From an uncultured Clostridia bacterium (lineage in GTDB: Bacteria > Bacillota > Clostridia > TANB77 > CAG-508), in assembly GCA_934101145.1 (NCBI GenBank), contig CAKOPZ010000005.1:5290-69289 (forward strand): a stretch of 64,000 nt of DNA, written 5' to 3'. Position numbers and translations under genes: made by a program. Positions 36,752 through 47,212 of the stretch are shown here, one piece after another; the first letter of the stretch is position 1, and each line of letters starts with the position of its first letter. The notes below the pieces were generated by a model. The model was not told the origin of the DNA. It saw only the letters and a program-made list of their open reading frames with translations, and searched no databases.

Positions 36752-37903
36752 ATGGAACATAAGGAAAAGAAAAGACAAGAGAACAAAGGAATAACGCTAA
36801 TAGCGTTAGTTGTAACTATTGTAGTTTTAATAATACTTGCAACAGTAAGTATTTTTGCTGTATTTGGAGATAATGGGCTAATAGCAAGGGCACAAACAGC
36901 AAGAGATGTACAGAACAAAGAAAAGGCAAAAGAGACAAATACACTTGATGATTATGCAAGTTATATAGGAAATTATTTAGATAGTAAAAGTGAAGATAAC
37001 TCTAAGGAAGACGATAACAAGAAAGAAGGAATAACAGCAACAGTAGATGGAAAGACAGTAACAATAACAAAAGATAATGTGGCGACATATTTAGGAAGAG
37101 TAGTAAGCAATTACAAGCCTACAACAAATACCGTAACAGTAGGGACAAATACGTATACAGTATCAAATAATTATAGATTGTATTATGTGGATTTTGATAA
37201 AAAATATAATAAAGATGAAGTATCAGTATTTTTAAAGGCAGATTGTACAAGCAATAATTATACATTAGGACAAGATACAACAGCATCAACAGTAGACAAT
37301 GTAAAAATCAAAGCATTAAATCCATCACTATATAAGGATGGAATTACATCACCAACAGCAAGTAATGCAAATATGCAAGCAGTAACATTTTTAACAAATA
37401 CAAGTAATTGGAATAGTTTAAAGATAGGAGCAAGCCTAGCAGATAAAGTAAATTATGTAGTAGGTGCACCAAGTGTAGAGATGATGTTTGATAGTTATAA
37501 TACAAAGTATGGGCTAAAGGATAAAGCAATAAATAAAGGAACATTAACAGCAGATACAAAAAGAGAAAAATTATTCTATCAATATCCAACAACAATAAAT
37601 ACTTATGGAAGTAATTTAGGATATGAGGTAGGACCAAATAATTCAAGCTCAGCAGTAAATGGATATAATTATTATACATCACAATATTCAGTAAAAACAG
37701 ATGCAACAATAGACAGTATGTATTATCCAGGAGATAGCCAATATTACTGGTTGGTGTCTCCTTCGGCTCGCAGCACTGACTATGTGCTCCGTGTGGGCTG
37801 CGGCGGAGGGGGCTATGTGAGCTTCGGCAGCTACTATAGCGACGGCAGTGCGTTCTGTCCGCTAGTTTCTCTTAAGTCTACAGTCTCTCTACAACTACAG
37901 TAG
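36752..37903 (+). CDS. DGR target paralog 4 (remote, ~26 kb from the RT)
   Basis: AAGGAG RBS. N-terminus is ENKG-ITLIALVVTIVVLIILATVSI. The middle domain and last 17 residues match paralogs 1-3. Confidence 0.85.
   Translation: MEHKEKKRQENKGITLIALVVTIVVLIILATVSIFAVFGDNGLIARAQTARDVQNKEKAKETNTLDDYASYIGNYLDSKSEDNSKEDDNKKEGITATVDGKTVTITKDNVATYLGRVVSNYKPTTNTVTVGTNTYTVSNNYRLYYVDFDKKYNKDEVSVFLKADCTSNNYTLGQDTTASTVDNVKIKALNPSLYKDGITSPTASNANMQAVTFLTNTSNWNSLKIGASLADKVNYVVGAPSVEMMFDSYNTKYGLKDKAINKGTLTADTKREKLFYQYPTTINTYGSNLGYEVGPNNSSSAVNGYNYYTSQYSVKTDATIDSMYYPGDSQYYWLVSPSARSTDYVLRVGCGGGGYVSFGSYYSDGSAFCPLVSLKSTVSLQLQ
37748..37865 (+). repeat. DGR variable repeat VR4 (one codon longer than the TR)
   Basis: Hand alignment gives about 26 differences at TR adenines, 3 non-A substitutions and one extra codon (TAC). 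Confidence 0.75.
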
Positions 37904-37956
37904 AAAGCTTAGAGAACATACAAAATATAAACAGGCAAATGAAGTAATTTAAATAG

Positions 37957-38082
37957 TAAGAAAAGTGTGCGTTAGCGAAACCTTCGACGCACATATGTGC
38001 ATTTCACTTTTCGCGAATATGCACAGACCAAGGAAACTTAAACTTGTTGTATACGTAAAAATCTTCGATTTTTCCTATACAA
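37957..38082 (-). repeat. Second dispersed element, copy 2 (inverted relative to 4854-4962)
   Basis: The reverse complement aligns with copy 1, including the terminal palindrome and the CAACAAG-TTAAGTT / CTGTGC / ACTTTTCTTA blocks. Confidence 0.6.
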
Positions 38083-38235
38083 TAAAACAGCTTGGACTGT
38101 AGTATTAAAAAATACTTATTATCTAAAAGACAAATATACAAAAGACGAGGGCCTTTGCAAGCTTCCTTTGCAGGTTTTCGTCTTTTTAAATAAGTATAAA
38201 ATAACAGAAAATAAATTTTTTAAGAAAGGTAAAAT

Positions 38236-40284
38236 ATGATAGATTTAAAACAAAGTGTGCAATATGTTAAAGGAGTAGGACCTACCAAAGCAAAGATATT
38301 GCAAAAATTAAATATAAATACTGTAGAAGATTTAATTACATATTATCCAAGAACATATGAGGATAGAAGCAAGCCTAAAACAATAGAAAGCCTAGTTGAT
38401 GGAGAAGAAGCTTTAATTGAAGCTGTTGCTACAAGCACTCCAACAGTTGTTAGAATGGGTAAAAAACGCTGTATGGTAAAGCTTGTTGTAAGAGATGAAA
38501 CAGCATCTTGCATTGCTGTATGGTTTAATCAGAGCTATATAAAAGGCAGATTTAAGGCAGGTGAAAAATATCGTCTTTTTGGTAAAATTCAAAAAAATTA
38601 TGGTAGAACAGAGATTATGAATCCTGTTTTTGACCAAGAAGATAAATCTAGAAATACTGGAAAGATAATTCCTTTGTATCCTTTAACTAAAAACTTGAAG
38701 CAAACCTCACTTAGGATGGCGATAGAAAATGGCTTAAAATTGGTTAATGGAAAGCTTGATGAGGTTATGCCAAACTATGTTTTAAATACATATCATTTAA
38801 TGGAAAGGAATAGAGCAATAAAGCAAATTCATTTTCCAGATAACTTTGATGAATATAGCAAAGCAAGAAAAAGACTTGTTTTTGAGGAACTTTTGAGTAT
38901 GCAACTAGCTCTTTCTAATTTAAAGGAAAAGTATAATAAAGAAAAAGATGGTATTGCTTTTAGTAAAGATACAAAGATGTCAGATGTTATAAATTCTCTT
39001 CCATTTAGTCTTACAAAAGCACAGATTAGAGTACTTGAAGAAATTGATAAGGACATGGAAGACAGCAAACCTATGAATAGACTTCTTCAAGGAGATGTTG
39101 GATCTGGTAAAACTATCGTATCTATAATAAGTGCATACAAGGCTGTAAAATGTGGATATCAAGTTGCTGTAATGGTTCCAACTGCAGTTCTTGCAAGCCA
39201 GCATTTAGAGGAATTTACAAAAGTATTGATGCCTTTTGGAATAAGATGTGAAATGCTTACAAGTAATATAAAAGGGAAAAAAAGAAAAGAGATTTTGGAA
39301 GGGCTTGAAGATGGAAGTGTGCAAGTTTTGATTGGGACACATGCTTTGCTTGTAGAAGATGTTGTGTTTAATAATCTTGGACTTGCTGTTACTGATGAAC
39401 AACACCGTTTTGGCGTAAGACAAAGAGGAACAATTGCTGGCAAAGGAAATAATCCAGATGTCCTTGTAATGACTGCAACTCCAATACCAAGAACTCTTGG
39501 ACTTATATTATATGGAGACCTTGATATATCTGTTATTGACGAACTTCCACCAAATAGGAAAAAGATTGAAACATATGCTGTTACAAAGAACATGGAAGAT
39601 AGAGTTAATAATTTTATAAGGAAAAATGTTAATGAAGGAAGACAGGTATATATTGTTTGTCCGCTTGTTGAAGAAAATGAGGAGATTAATGCTAAAGCTG
39701 TTGTTGAGCTTGAAGCAAAATATGAGCAAGAGATATTTAGTGATTTTCGTGTTAGATGTTTGCATGGAAAAATGAGACCAAAGGAAAAAGATGAAATTAT
39801 GCAAGAATTTAAAGATGGAAATATTGATATTTTGGTTTCTACTACTGTTATTGAAGTTGGTGTAAATGTTCCAAATGCAAGTGTTATGGTCATTGAAAAT
39901 GCAGAACGTTTTGGACTTGCACAGCTTCACCAATTAAGAGGTAGAGTTGGAAGAGGTCAGTGGCAATCGTATTGTATTTTGAAATATCAGGGTAAATCTA
40001 AGGAAATTCTGCAAAGAATGAAGATTATGCATGATACAAATGATGGATTTGTTATTGCTGATAAGGACCTTGAACTTAGAGGTGCTGGAGAATTTTTTGG
40101 GACTAGACAACATGGTATTCCTGAGTTTAAAATTGCTAATTTATTTGAAGATATGCCTATTTTAAAAGAAGTGCAGGTTTGTGTATCGCAAATTGAGCAG
40201 GTTGATCCTAATCTTGAACTTGCTGAGAATCAATGCCTTCGCAAGCTAATTGATGAACGTTTTACGAAACGTATAGAGATTTGA
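38236..40284 (+). CDS. recG: ATP-dependent DNA helicase RecG
   Basis: Wedge domain N-terminus and helicase motifs [16 protein letters not shown] and QLRGRVGRG. Confidence 0.93.
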   Translation: MIDLKQSVQYVKGVGPTKAKILQKLNINTVEDLITYYPRTYEDRSKPKTIESLVDGEEALIEAVATSTPTVVRMGKKRCMVKLVVRDETASCIAVWFNQSYIKGRFKAGEKYRLFGKIQKNYGRTEIMNPVFDQEDKSRNTGKIIPLYPLTKNLKQTSLRMAIENGLKLVNGKLDEVMPNYVLNTYHLMERNRAIKQIHFPDNFDEYSKARKRLVFEELLSMQLALSNLKEKYNKEKDGIAFSKDTKMSDVINSLPFSLTKAQIRVLEEIDKDMEDSKPMNRLLQGDVGSGKTIVSIISAYKAVKCGYQVAVMVPTAVLASQHLEEFTKVLMPFGIRCEMLTSNIKGKKRKEILEGLEDGSVQVLIGTHALLVEDVVFNNLGLAVTDEQHRFGVRQRGTIAGKGNNPDVLVMTATPIPRTLGLILYGDLDISVIDELPPNRKKIETYAVTKNMEDRVNNFIRKNVNEGRQVYIVCPLVEENEEINAKAVVELEAKYEQEIFSDFRVRCLHGKMRPKEKDEIMQEFKDGNIDILVSTTVIEVGVNVPNASVMVIENAERFGLAQLHQLRGRVGRGQWQSYCILKYQGKSKEILQRMKIMHDTNDGFVIADKDLELRGAGEFFGTRQHGIPEFKIANLFEDMPILKEVQVCVSQIEQVDPNLELAENQCLRKLIDERFTKRIEI

Positions 40285-40300
40285 TTTTACATATAAAAAA

Positions 40301-40434
40301 CATAAGAGATATAATATTTCTTGGAAACTTGCCGTTCGCAGCCAATCCAAAAGATTGACGGCTGCTCGAATCGCACTCAGCCTTCGGCTTCGTTTGGTCG
40401 CTGCGCGTTTCCTTGAAATATTATATCTCTTATG
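40301..40434 (+). repeat. Dispersed ~135-nt structured repeat, copy D
   Basis: Perfect 20-bp terminal stem CATAAGAGATATAATATTTC / GAAATATTATATCTCTTATG. It starts 16 nt after the recG stop. Confidence 0.85.
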
Positions 40435-40600
40435 CTTTATTTATAGTATAAAAAATAATAATGTAACATTTTTTTACAGGTAAAAATACTACAAAAAAGT
40501 GGCGTTTACTATTGACATTTACATAAAAAAACAATATGATATTAGATAGAAAAATGTAGAAATATGTAAAAGCAAAATTTGAAAGGCAAGGAGAGTAAAT

Positions 40601-41470
40601 ATGTATACGAAAATGCTAACCTCTAAAATGGGTGGAGAATTAGTTAGTTTTAAACTAAATGGAGAAGAACGTATCCATCAAGGTGCTGATGCACTTGACG
40701 AAAATGGAAAAGTATTTTGGAAAAGACATGCTCCAGTATTGTTTCCAGTAGTAGGTAAGCTAAAGAAGAATCAAACAATTATAAGTGGAAGAATCTATGA
40801 AATGCCACAACATGGTTTTGCAAGAGATTTTGAATTTGAGCCAATTACAAAACTTGATAATTTTCATTCATATGTGCTTAAGAGTAATCAAATTACAAAA
40901 AATAGATATCCATTTGATTTTGAGTTATATACAACATACAGATTAGATGAAAATAAATTGACAACAATTTATAAAGTAATTAATACAGGAGATGGGACTC
41001 TTCCTTTTGGTATAGGTGGACATCCTGCTTTTAAAATTGATGTAGATGAGTTAAAAAAAGGTAATTATTATCTTGAGTTTGAAGAGGACGAGGATAAAAT
41101 TCACTTTTTGTACTTAGTAGATGGACTTGTTGGAACAGAATATGCAAGAAGTAGAATGGCTGATAAAAGAACAATTAATATTGATTCGAATACATTTAAT
41201 AATGATGCAATTATAATGAAGGGAATAACATCTCATAAAATTAGTTTGAAGAATAGAGATGGTAATAGAACACTTCTTACAATGGATTTTACTGGTTTTC
41301 CATATTTGGCTATATGGTCTAAGCCTAATGCACCATTTATTTGTATTGAACCATGGTATTCTACTGCTGATAATATAAAAAGTACAGGTGTATTTATTCA
41401 AAAACAGGACATAATTGCATTAAAGCCACATGATACTTTTGAATGTAAATATACAGTTGAATTTTTTTAA
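40601..41470 (+). CDS. Aldose 1-epimerase-family (galactose mutarotase-like) protein
   Basis: Motifs HAPVLFPVVGKL, QHGFARD, GGHPAF and CIEPW are typical of the LacX/aldose-epimerase family. Confidence 0.75.
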   Translation: MYTKMLTSKMGGELVSFKLNGEERIHQGADALDENGKVFWKRHAPVLFPVVGKLKKNQTIISGRIYEMPQHGFARDFEFEPITKLDNFHSYVLKSNQITKNRYPFDFELYTTYRLDENKLTTIYKVINTGDGTLPFGIGGHPAFKIDVDELKKGNYYLEFEEDEDKIHFLYLVDGLVGTEYARSRMADKRTINIDSNTFNNDAIIMKGITSHKISLKNRDGNRTLLTMDFTGFPYLAIWSKPNAPFICIEPWYSTADNIKSTGVFIQKQDIIALKPHDTFECKYTVEFF

Positions 41471-41489
41471 TTAATAAAGAGGATTTTAT

Positions 41490-41684
41490 ATGAGTTTTAA
41501 TTTGATATTAACTTTTATGGGACTTGTTTTAGCAATGATAGGAGTTATTTTGGTTTATGATGCACGTATTTTGACAAAGCGATTTTTTAGTTTTGGAGAT
41601 CAAAATCAAGCATCATGGGGATTGAAGATACTTGGTTTTATCATTGCTATTATAGGTGGAATTTTAGTTTTTTTTAACGTGTAG
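41490..41684 (+). CDS. Small two-TM membrane protein
   Basis: Two hydrophobic segments, tightly spaced between the epimerase gene and valS. Confidence 0.45.
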   Translation: MSFNLILTFMGLVLAMIGVILVYDARILTKRFFSFGDQNQASWGLKILGFIIAIIGGILVFFNV

Positions 41685-41699
41685 AGAGGAGAAAATTGA

Positions 41700-44384
41700 A
41701 TGGATAACAAGCATAAATTAAATGACAAATTTAATCCAAAAGATTTTGAAGATAGATTATATGAACATTGGGAAAAGAGTGGATTTTTTAAACCAAGTAT
41801 GGATGAAAATAGCGAAAGCTATTGTATTATGATGCCACCTCCAAATGTAACAGGAAAATTGCATATGGGGCATGCTCTTGATGGAACTATTCAAGATGTT
41901 TTAATTAGATATAAAAGAATGCGTGGGTTTAATACACTTTGGCTTCCTGGAAGTGACCATGCTGCAATCTCTACAGAGATGAAAGTTGTTCAAAAGCTTG
42001 CTAAGGAAGGTAAAACAAAGCAAGATTTAGGTAGAGAGAAATTTTTAGAAGAAGCATGGGCTTGGACAAAGGAATATGGTGGAATTATTCAAAGGCAACA
42101 ACGTAAACTTGGTTGTTCTTGTGATTGGAATAGAACAAGATTTACACTTGACGAAGGTATGAGTGATGCTGTTTTAGAGCAATTTGTTAGACTTTACGAA
42201 AAAGGCCTTATATACAAAGGTAAACGCATGGTTAACTGGTGCACAAGTTGCAGAACATCTATTTCTGATGCGGAAGTTGAGTATAAAGAAGAAGCTTCTC
42301 ATTTATGGCATATCCGTTATAAAATTGTTGGGGAAGAGAACAAATATGTTGAAGTTGCAACAACAAGACCTGAAACAATGCTTGGTGATACAGCTGTAGC
42401 AGTTCATCCAGATGATGAGAGATACAAAGATATAGTAGGCAAAAAATGTATTTTACCTATTATGAATAAAGAAATTCCAATTGTTGCAGATGAATTTGTA
42501 GAAAAAGAATTTGGAACAGGTTGTGTTAAAATTACACCTGCACATGATCCAAATGATTATGCTTGTAGTCAAAGACATAACTTAGAAATTATAGAAGTTT
42601 TTGATGATAATTTTAAAATGGGAAATCTAGTACCAGAATATGCTGGTATGGACTTGTTAGATGCAAGAAAAGAAATTGTTAAAAAGCTTGAAGAAATTGG
42701 AGCACTTGTTTCAGTTGAGGATTATACTCACAATGTTGCAAAATGCGAAAGATGTAAGAATACGATAGAGCCAAAAATTTCTTTGCAATGGTTTGTAAGT
42801 ATGAAAGACTTAGCAAAGCGTGCAGCAGATAGTGTAAGAAATGGTGAAACAAAATTTGTACCAAAAAGATATGAAAAACAATATTTTAATTGGCTTGACA
42901 ATATTCAAGATTGGTGTATTTCTCGTCAATTATGGTGGGGACACAGAATTCCTGCATATTATTGTGAAGAATGTGGACATATAAATGTTGCAAAAACTGA
43001 GCCAGAAAAATGTGAGAAATGTGGAAGTACAAATCTAAAACAAGATCCTGACACACTTGATACTTGGTTTAGTTCAGCACTTTGGCCATTTTCTACACTT
43101 GGTTGGCCAGATACAAACAGTGTTGATTATAAAACATTTTATCCAACTCAAACTCTTGTAACTGGTTTTGATATTATTACTTTCTGGGTTTCAAGAATGA
43201 TGACACAAGCTTTAGAGTTTACCGGAGAAGTACCTTTTAAAGATGTACTTATCCACGGTATTGTTCGTGATAGTCAAGGAAGAAAAATGTCAAAAACTCT
43301 AGGAAATGGAATTGATCCATTAGAGGTTATTGATGAGTATGGAGCAGATAGTTTAAGATTTTCTGTACTTTCTGGAACAACTATGGGAAATGATATTAGA
43401 TTTATGCCAGAAAAATTGGAACAAGCATCAAATTTTGCAAATAAAATTTGGAATGCAGCAAAATTTATAACAAATTCGCTTGCAGATAATGAAAAAGTAA
43501 GAGAATTTAGTGAAAAAGCATTGCTTGCAGATAATGGATATAACAAAGATTTATTAAAAATTGAAGACAGATGGATTTTAAATAAACTTGATAAACTTGT
43601 ATCAGAAGTTAGCAAAAATATTGATAATTATGATATTGGAATTGCTGTTGATAAGATATATAACTTTATTTGGAATGAATTTTGCGATTGGTATATCGAA
43701 ATGGTTAAACCACGTATATATAGTGAAGATGAAGGGACAAAAGTACAAGTTAGTGCAATGCTAAATTATGTTTTTGGAAATTCACTTAAACTATTACATC
43801 CATTTATGCCATTTATAACATCTGAAATTTATTCAAAATTAATATGTTTTGGAACAGAGGATTTAATTGTAAGCAAGTGGCCAGAGATAAAACATAAATT
43901 TGCCTTTGAAGCAGATGAGTCAATTGTAGAAAGCTTGAAAAAGTTAATAACTGAAATTAGAAATGTTAGAACAAAAATGAATGTACATCCAAGTAAGAAA
44001 TCTAAATTAATTTTAGTTACAAGCTTAGATAAAAAAGAACTAAAAGAATCAGAAGAATTTTTATTAAAACTTGGTTTTGCAAGTGAAATAATATTACAAG
44101 AAAAAGAGGAGAATATACCTCAAAATGCAGTTTCTATTGTGGTAGATGAAATAAAGGCATATATACCTTTTGAAGAACTTGTTGATATTGAGCAGGAGAA
44201 AGCAAGATTGCAAGAAGAAATAAAAAGGCTAGAGGCAGAAGTTGCAAGAGGAAACAAAATGTTATCTAATCCGGGATTTGTAAATAAAGCACCTGAGGCT
44301 AAGGTACAAGAGGAAAAAGATAAGCTTGCAAATTATGAGCAGATGCTAAAGGCAACTAAGGAAAGACTAGAAAGTTTGAATTAA
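41700..44384 (+). CDS. valS: Valine--tRNA ligase
   Basis: Class I motifs HMGH (GKLHMGHAL) and KMSKT, with a C-terminal coiled coil. Confidence 0.95.
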   Translation: MDNKHKLNDKFNPKDFEDRLYEHWEKSGFFKPSMDENSESYCIMMPPPNVTGKLHMGHALDGTIQDVLIRYKRMRGFNTLWLPGSDHAAISTEMKVVQKLAKEGKTKQDLGREKFLEEAWAWTKEYGGIIQRQQRKLGCSCDWNRTRFTLDEGMSDAVLEQFVRLYEKGLIYKGKRMVNWCTSCRTSISDAEVEYKEEASHLWHIRYKIVGEENKYVEVATTRPETMLGDTAVAVHPDDERYKDIVGKKCILPIMNKEIPIVADEFVEKEFGTGCVKITPAHDPNDYACSQRHNLEIIEVFDDNFKMGNLVPEYAGMDLLDARKEIVKKLEEIGALVSVEDYTHNVAKCERCKNTIEPKISLQWFVSMKDLAKRAADSVRNGETKFVPKRYEKQYFNWLDNIQDWCISRQLWWGHRIPAYYCEECGHINVAKTEPEKCEKCGSTNLKQDPDTLDTWFSSALWPFSTLGWPDTNSVDYKTFYPTQTLVTGFDIITFWVSRMMTQALEFTGEVPFKDVLIHGIVRDSQGRKMSKTLGNGIDPLEVIDEYGADSLRFSVLSGTTMGNDIRFMPEKLEQASNFANKIWNAAKFITNSLADNEKVREFSEKALLADNGYNKDLLKIEDRWILNKLDKLVSEVSKNIDNYDIGIAVDKIYNFIWNEFCDWYIEMVKPRIYSEDEGTKVQVSAMLNYVFGNSLKLLHPFMPFITSEIYSKLICFGTEDLIVSKWPEIKHKFAFEADESIVESLKKLITEIRNVRTKMNVHPSKKSKLILVTSLDKKELKESEEFLLKLGFASEIILQEKEENIPQNAVSIVVDEIKAYIPFEELVDIEQEKARLQEEIKRLEAEVARGNKMLSNPGFVNKAPEAKVQEEKDKLANYEQMLKATKERLESLN

Positions 44385-44397
44385 ATATTTTATGAAC

Positions 44398-44428
44398 AAA
44401 GTCAGCACATTTTGTGCTGGCTTTTTTT
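44398..44428 (+). terminator. Rho-independent terminator after valS
   Basis: AAAGTCAGCAC / GTGCTGGCTTT stem followed by a T-run. Confidence 0.75.
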
Positions 44429-44541
44429 GTCGAAAAGTTCTTATAAATCGGCAAAACTTCCCAATTTTTACTCTTGGAAAAATATGTAAAAAGATTTATA
44501 ATAGGACAAGCTAATAAATATGTTATTTGAGGAGGTAAGAG

Positions 44542-44862
44542 GTGAATATTTTTTTTAATCAAAAAGAGAAGATATTAACTGTTGAAATAACAGAGGAGAT
44601 TGACCACTGTGTGGCAGAAAATGTAAGGAGGAGAGTTGATAATGAAATTACGAGATATATGCCTAGAAAAACTATATTTGATTTTAGTAGGGTTGCTTTT
44701 ATGGACAGTGCAGGAATAGGGATGATTATAGGTAGATATAAACTTATGAAGCTTATTGGTGGAAGTTTAGAGATTCACAATGTTAAGGAAAGTGCAAAGA
44801 AGATATTAGAAATGAGTGGAGTTTTAAAAATTGTGCCTATAACAGAGCTAAAATTGGCTTAA
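44542..44862 (+). CDS. spoIIAA: Anti-sigma-F factor antagonist (STAS domain)
   Basis: STAS fold with the phosphorylatable Ser context FMDSAGIGM. First gene of the spoIIA operon. Confidence 0.88.
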   Translation: MNIFFNQKEKILTVEITEEIDHCVAENVRRRVDNEITRYMPRKTIFDFSRVAFMDSAGIGMIIGRYKLMKLIGGSLEIHNVKESAKKILEMSGVLKIVPITELKLA

Positions 44863-44888
44863 AAATAAGTACAAATGTGGAGGGTTAA

Positions 44889-45374
44889 ATGAAAAGTGTG
44901 TATGATAATGAGATGAAATTGGAGTTTTTGAGTAAGGCAAATAATGAGGCTTTTGCAAGGATAACTGTGGCAGCTTTTGTGTCACAGCTTGATCCTACAA
45001 TTGAGGAACTTGCGGATATAAAAACAGCTGTGTCTGAGGCTGTTACAAATGCAATTGTGCATGGATATGAGGATACAGAAGGTATTGTAAAGGTAGTAGC
45101 AAAGCTTTTTGCAAATACTGTCGAGATAGAGGTGTCTGATACTGGAAAGGGTATAGAAGATGTTGAGCTTGCACGTAAACCTCTATATACAACAAAAGCT
45201 AATCTTGAAAGATCTGGAATGGGATTTACAATTATGGAGAGTTTTATGGATGAGGTTGAAATTGATTCTGTTGTTGGACTTGGTACTAAAATTAAGATGA
45301 AAAAAATGATAAAAAAGGTGTCAATTGATGATGAAGAGGTACAAAACCTGATGAGTTTGGGGGCAGATAGATAA
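44889..45374 (+). CDS. spoIIAB: Anti-sigma-F factor (Ser protein kinase)
   Basis: HATPase_c motifs NAIVHGY, DTGKGI and GMGFT. Confidence 0.88.
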   Translation: MKSVYDNEMKLEFLSKANNEAFARITVAAFVSQLDPTIEELADIKTAVSEAVTNAIVHGYEDTEGIVKVVAKLFANTVEIEVSDTGKGIEDVELARKPLYTTKANLERSGMGFTIMESFMDEVEIDSVVGLGTKIKMKKMIKKVSIDDEEVQNLMSLGADR

Positions 45375-46137
45375 GTGTCAAATGAGAAGATGTTTCAAAA
45401 ATATGAGAATAAAGTAGAGGACATTATAAAGGCACAAAATGGAGATACTCAGGCTTTGGAGAGTTTGATTAAACAAAATCAAGGGCTTCTTTGGAGTATA
45501 GTGAAAAGATTTACTGGCAGAGGTTTTGAGAATGAGGATTTATATCAAATTGCAAGTTTAGGTTTTATAAAATGTATAAAAAAATTTGATACAAATTTTG
45601 ATGTAAGGCTTTCTACATATGCTGTTCCATATATACTTGGAGAGGTAAAAAGGTATATTCAAGAAGATGGACCAATAAAAGTAAGCAGAGCTTTAAAAGA
45701 ATTAAATAGTAAAATTGCTGTTGTTCAACATGAATATATGAGAAAAAAAGGTAAAGAAATAGGGATTGAAGAACTTGCAAAAGAGCTGCGGTGTTTCAAA
45801 AGAAGAAATTACGATGGCACTTGAGAGTAAAAATTCTGTAAATTCTATTTATGATAGTACATATAGTGATGATGAAGAGGGAATCAGTATTATTGAAAAG
45901 ATTTCTTCAAACATTGATGAACAGAATTTAATTACAAATAAAATTGCAATTTCGCAGTTACTAGAAAATTTAAAAGAGGATGAGAAAGAGGTTATACTTC
46001 TTAGATATTTTAGAGAAAAAACACAGGTTGAAGTTGCAAGAATAATTGGAACAAGCCAAGTACAGGTTTCTAGAATTGAAAAAAGAGCTCTTGAAAATAT
46101 GAAAAGAAGATTAACAAAAGATGTTGTAATGAAATAA
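45375..46137 (+). pseudogene. sigF: Sporulation sigma factor F, interrupted by a +1 frameshift at 45789 (extra C creating in-frame CGG)
   Basis: Two overlapping ORFs (45375-45824 and 45766-46137). Removing C45789 restores ...ELAKEL-GVSKEEITMALE... and a full-length ~253-aa sigma-70-family protein. Confidence 0.85.
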
Positions 46138-46152
46138 AAGAGAGGCAGAGAC

Positions 46153-47143
46153 ATGAGAAAAATTTTGTGTTATTTTTTTATGCTTATTTTAATATGTTTT
46201 GCAATTCCAATAATATTTACAAGTTCGAAAAATAAAGAAAAAGCAAGTCAAAATGTAGTAAATGAACAAATTCCAGAGATTACATATGACTACAAAAAAT
46301 ATTCAAAAATAAAGCTATATCATACAGCAACTAAGAAAACGCAAGAGATTCCAATTGATGAATATTTGTATGGAGTAGTTAGTGCAGAAATGCCTGCAAG
46401 TTTCGAAGAAGAAGCACTAAAAGCACAAGCTGTTGTTGCAAGAACATATACTTTATACAAAATTGTTAATAGTAGCAAACACAAAGGTGCATATATATGT
46501 GATAGCTATGCGTGTTGTCAAGCATGGATTTCAAAAGAAGATAGACTTAAAAAATGGGAAGAAAGTAAAAGGGATGAGTATTGGAATAAAATTGTAAAGG
46601 CAGTAAATACGACGCAGGGCAATATAATTACATATGAAGGAAAGCCAATAAATGCTTTTTTTCATTCAAATAGTGGTGGTGCAACAGAGTCGCCAATTAA
46701 TGTATGGGGTGGATCAAATTATCCATATCTTCAAACGGTTACAACTGCAGGAGAAGATGCATATAAGCAGTATAAAAGTAGTGCTTGTGTTACCAAAAAA
46801 GAATTTGAAGAGAAAATTAAGAAATTACATAGTGATTTTAAAATAGATTTTAAGCAAAAAGATTGTATAAAGATAGAGGAATACACAGAAGGACGGAAGA
46901 GTTAAAAAGGTTAAAATTGGAAATTTAGAATTGTCCGGTGTTGAGGTAAGAAATATTTTTAGCCTTAAATCTGCAAATTTTAAAGTAAGTATAGAAAATG
47001 ATAATATAAAATTTGATGTAACAGGCTATGGACACGGAGTTGGAATGAGTCAAACAGGTGCAGATGCTCTTGCAAAACAAGGCAAAAATTATGAAGATAT
47101 AATAAAACATTATTATTCAAAAATAAAAATTGAAAATATTTAG
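46153..47143 (+). pseudogene. spoIID: Stage II sporulation protein D (lytic transglycosylase), interrupted by a +1 frameshift at 46894 (extra C creating in-frame CGG)
   Basis: ORFs 46153-46905 and 46931-47143. Removing C46894 gives ...EYTEG-GRVKKVKIGNLELSGVEVR.... Motifs QAVVARTY, FFHSNSGGATE and GHGVGMSQ are present. Confidence 0.85.
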
Positions 47144-47212
47144 TTTGTGATTGTATAAATTTCTCAAAAATGTAAATACTGATTTTAAAGAAAAATCAAG
47201 GAGGAACATTTT

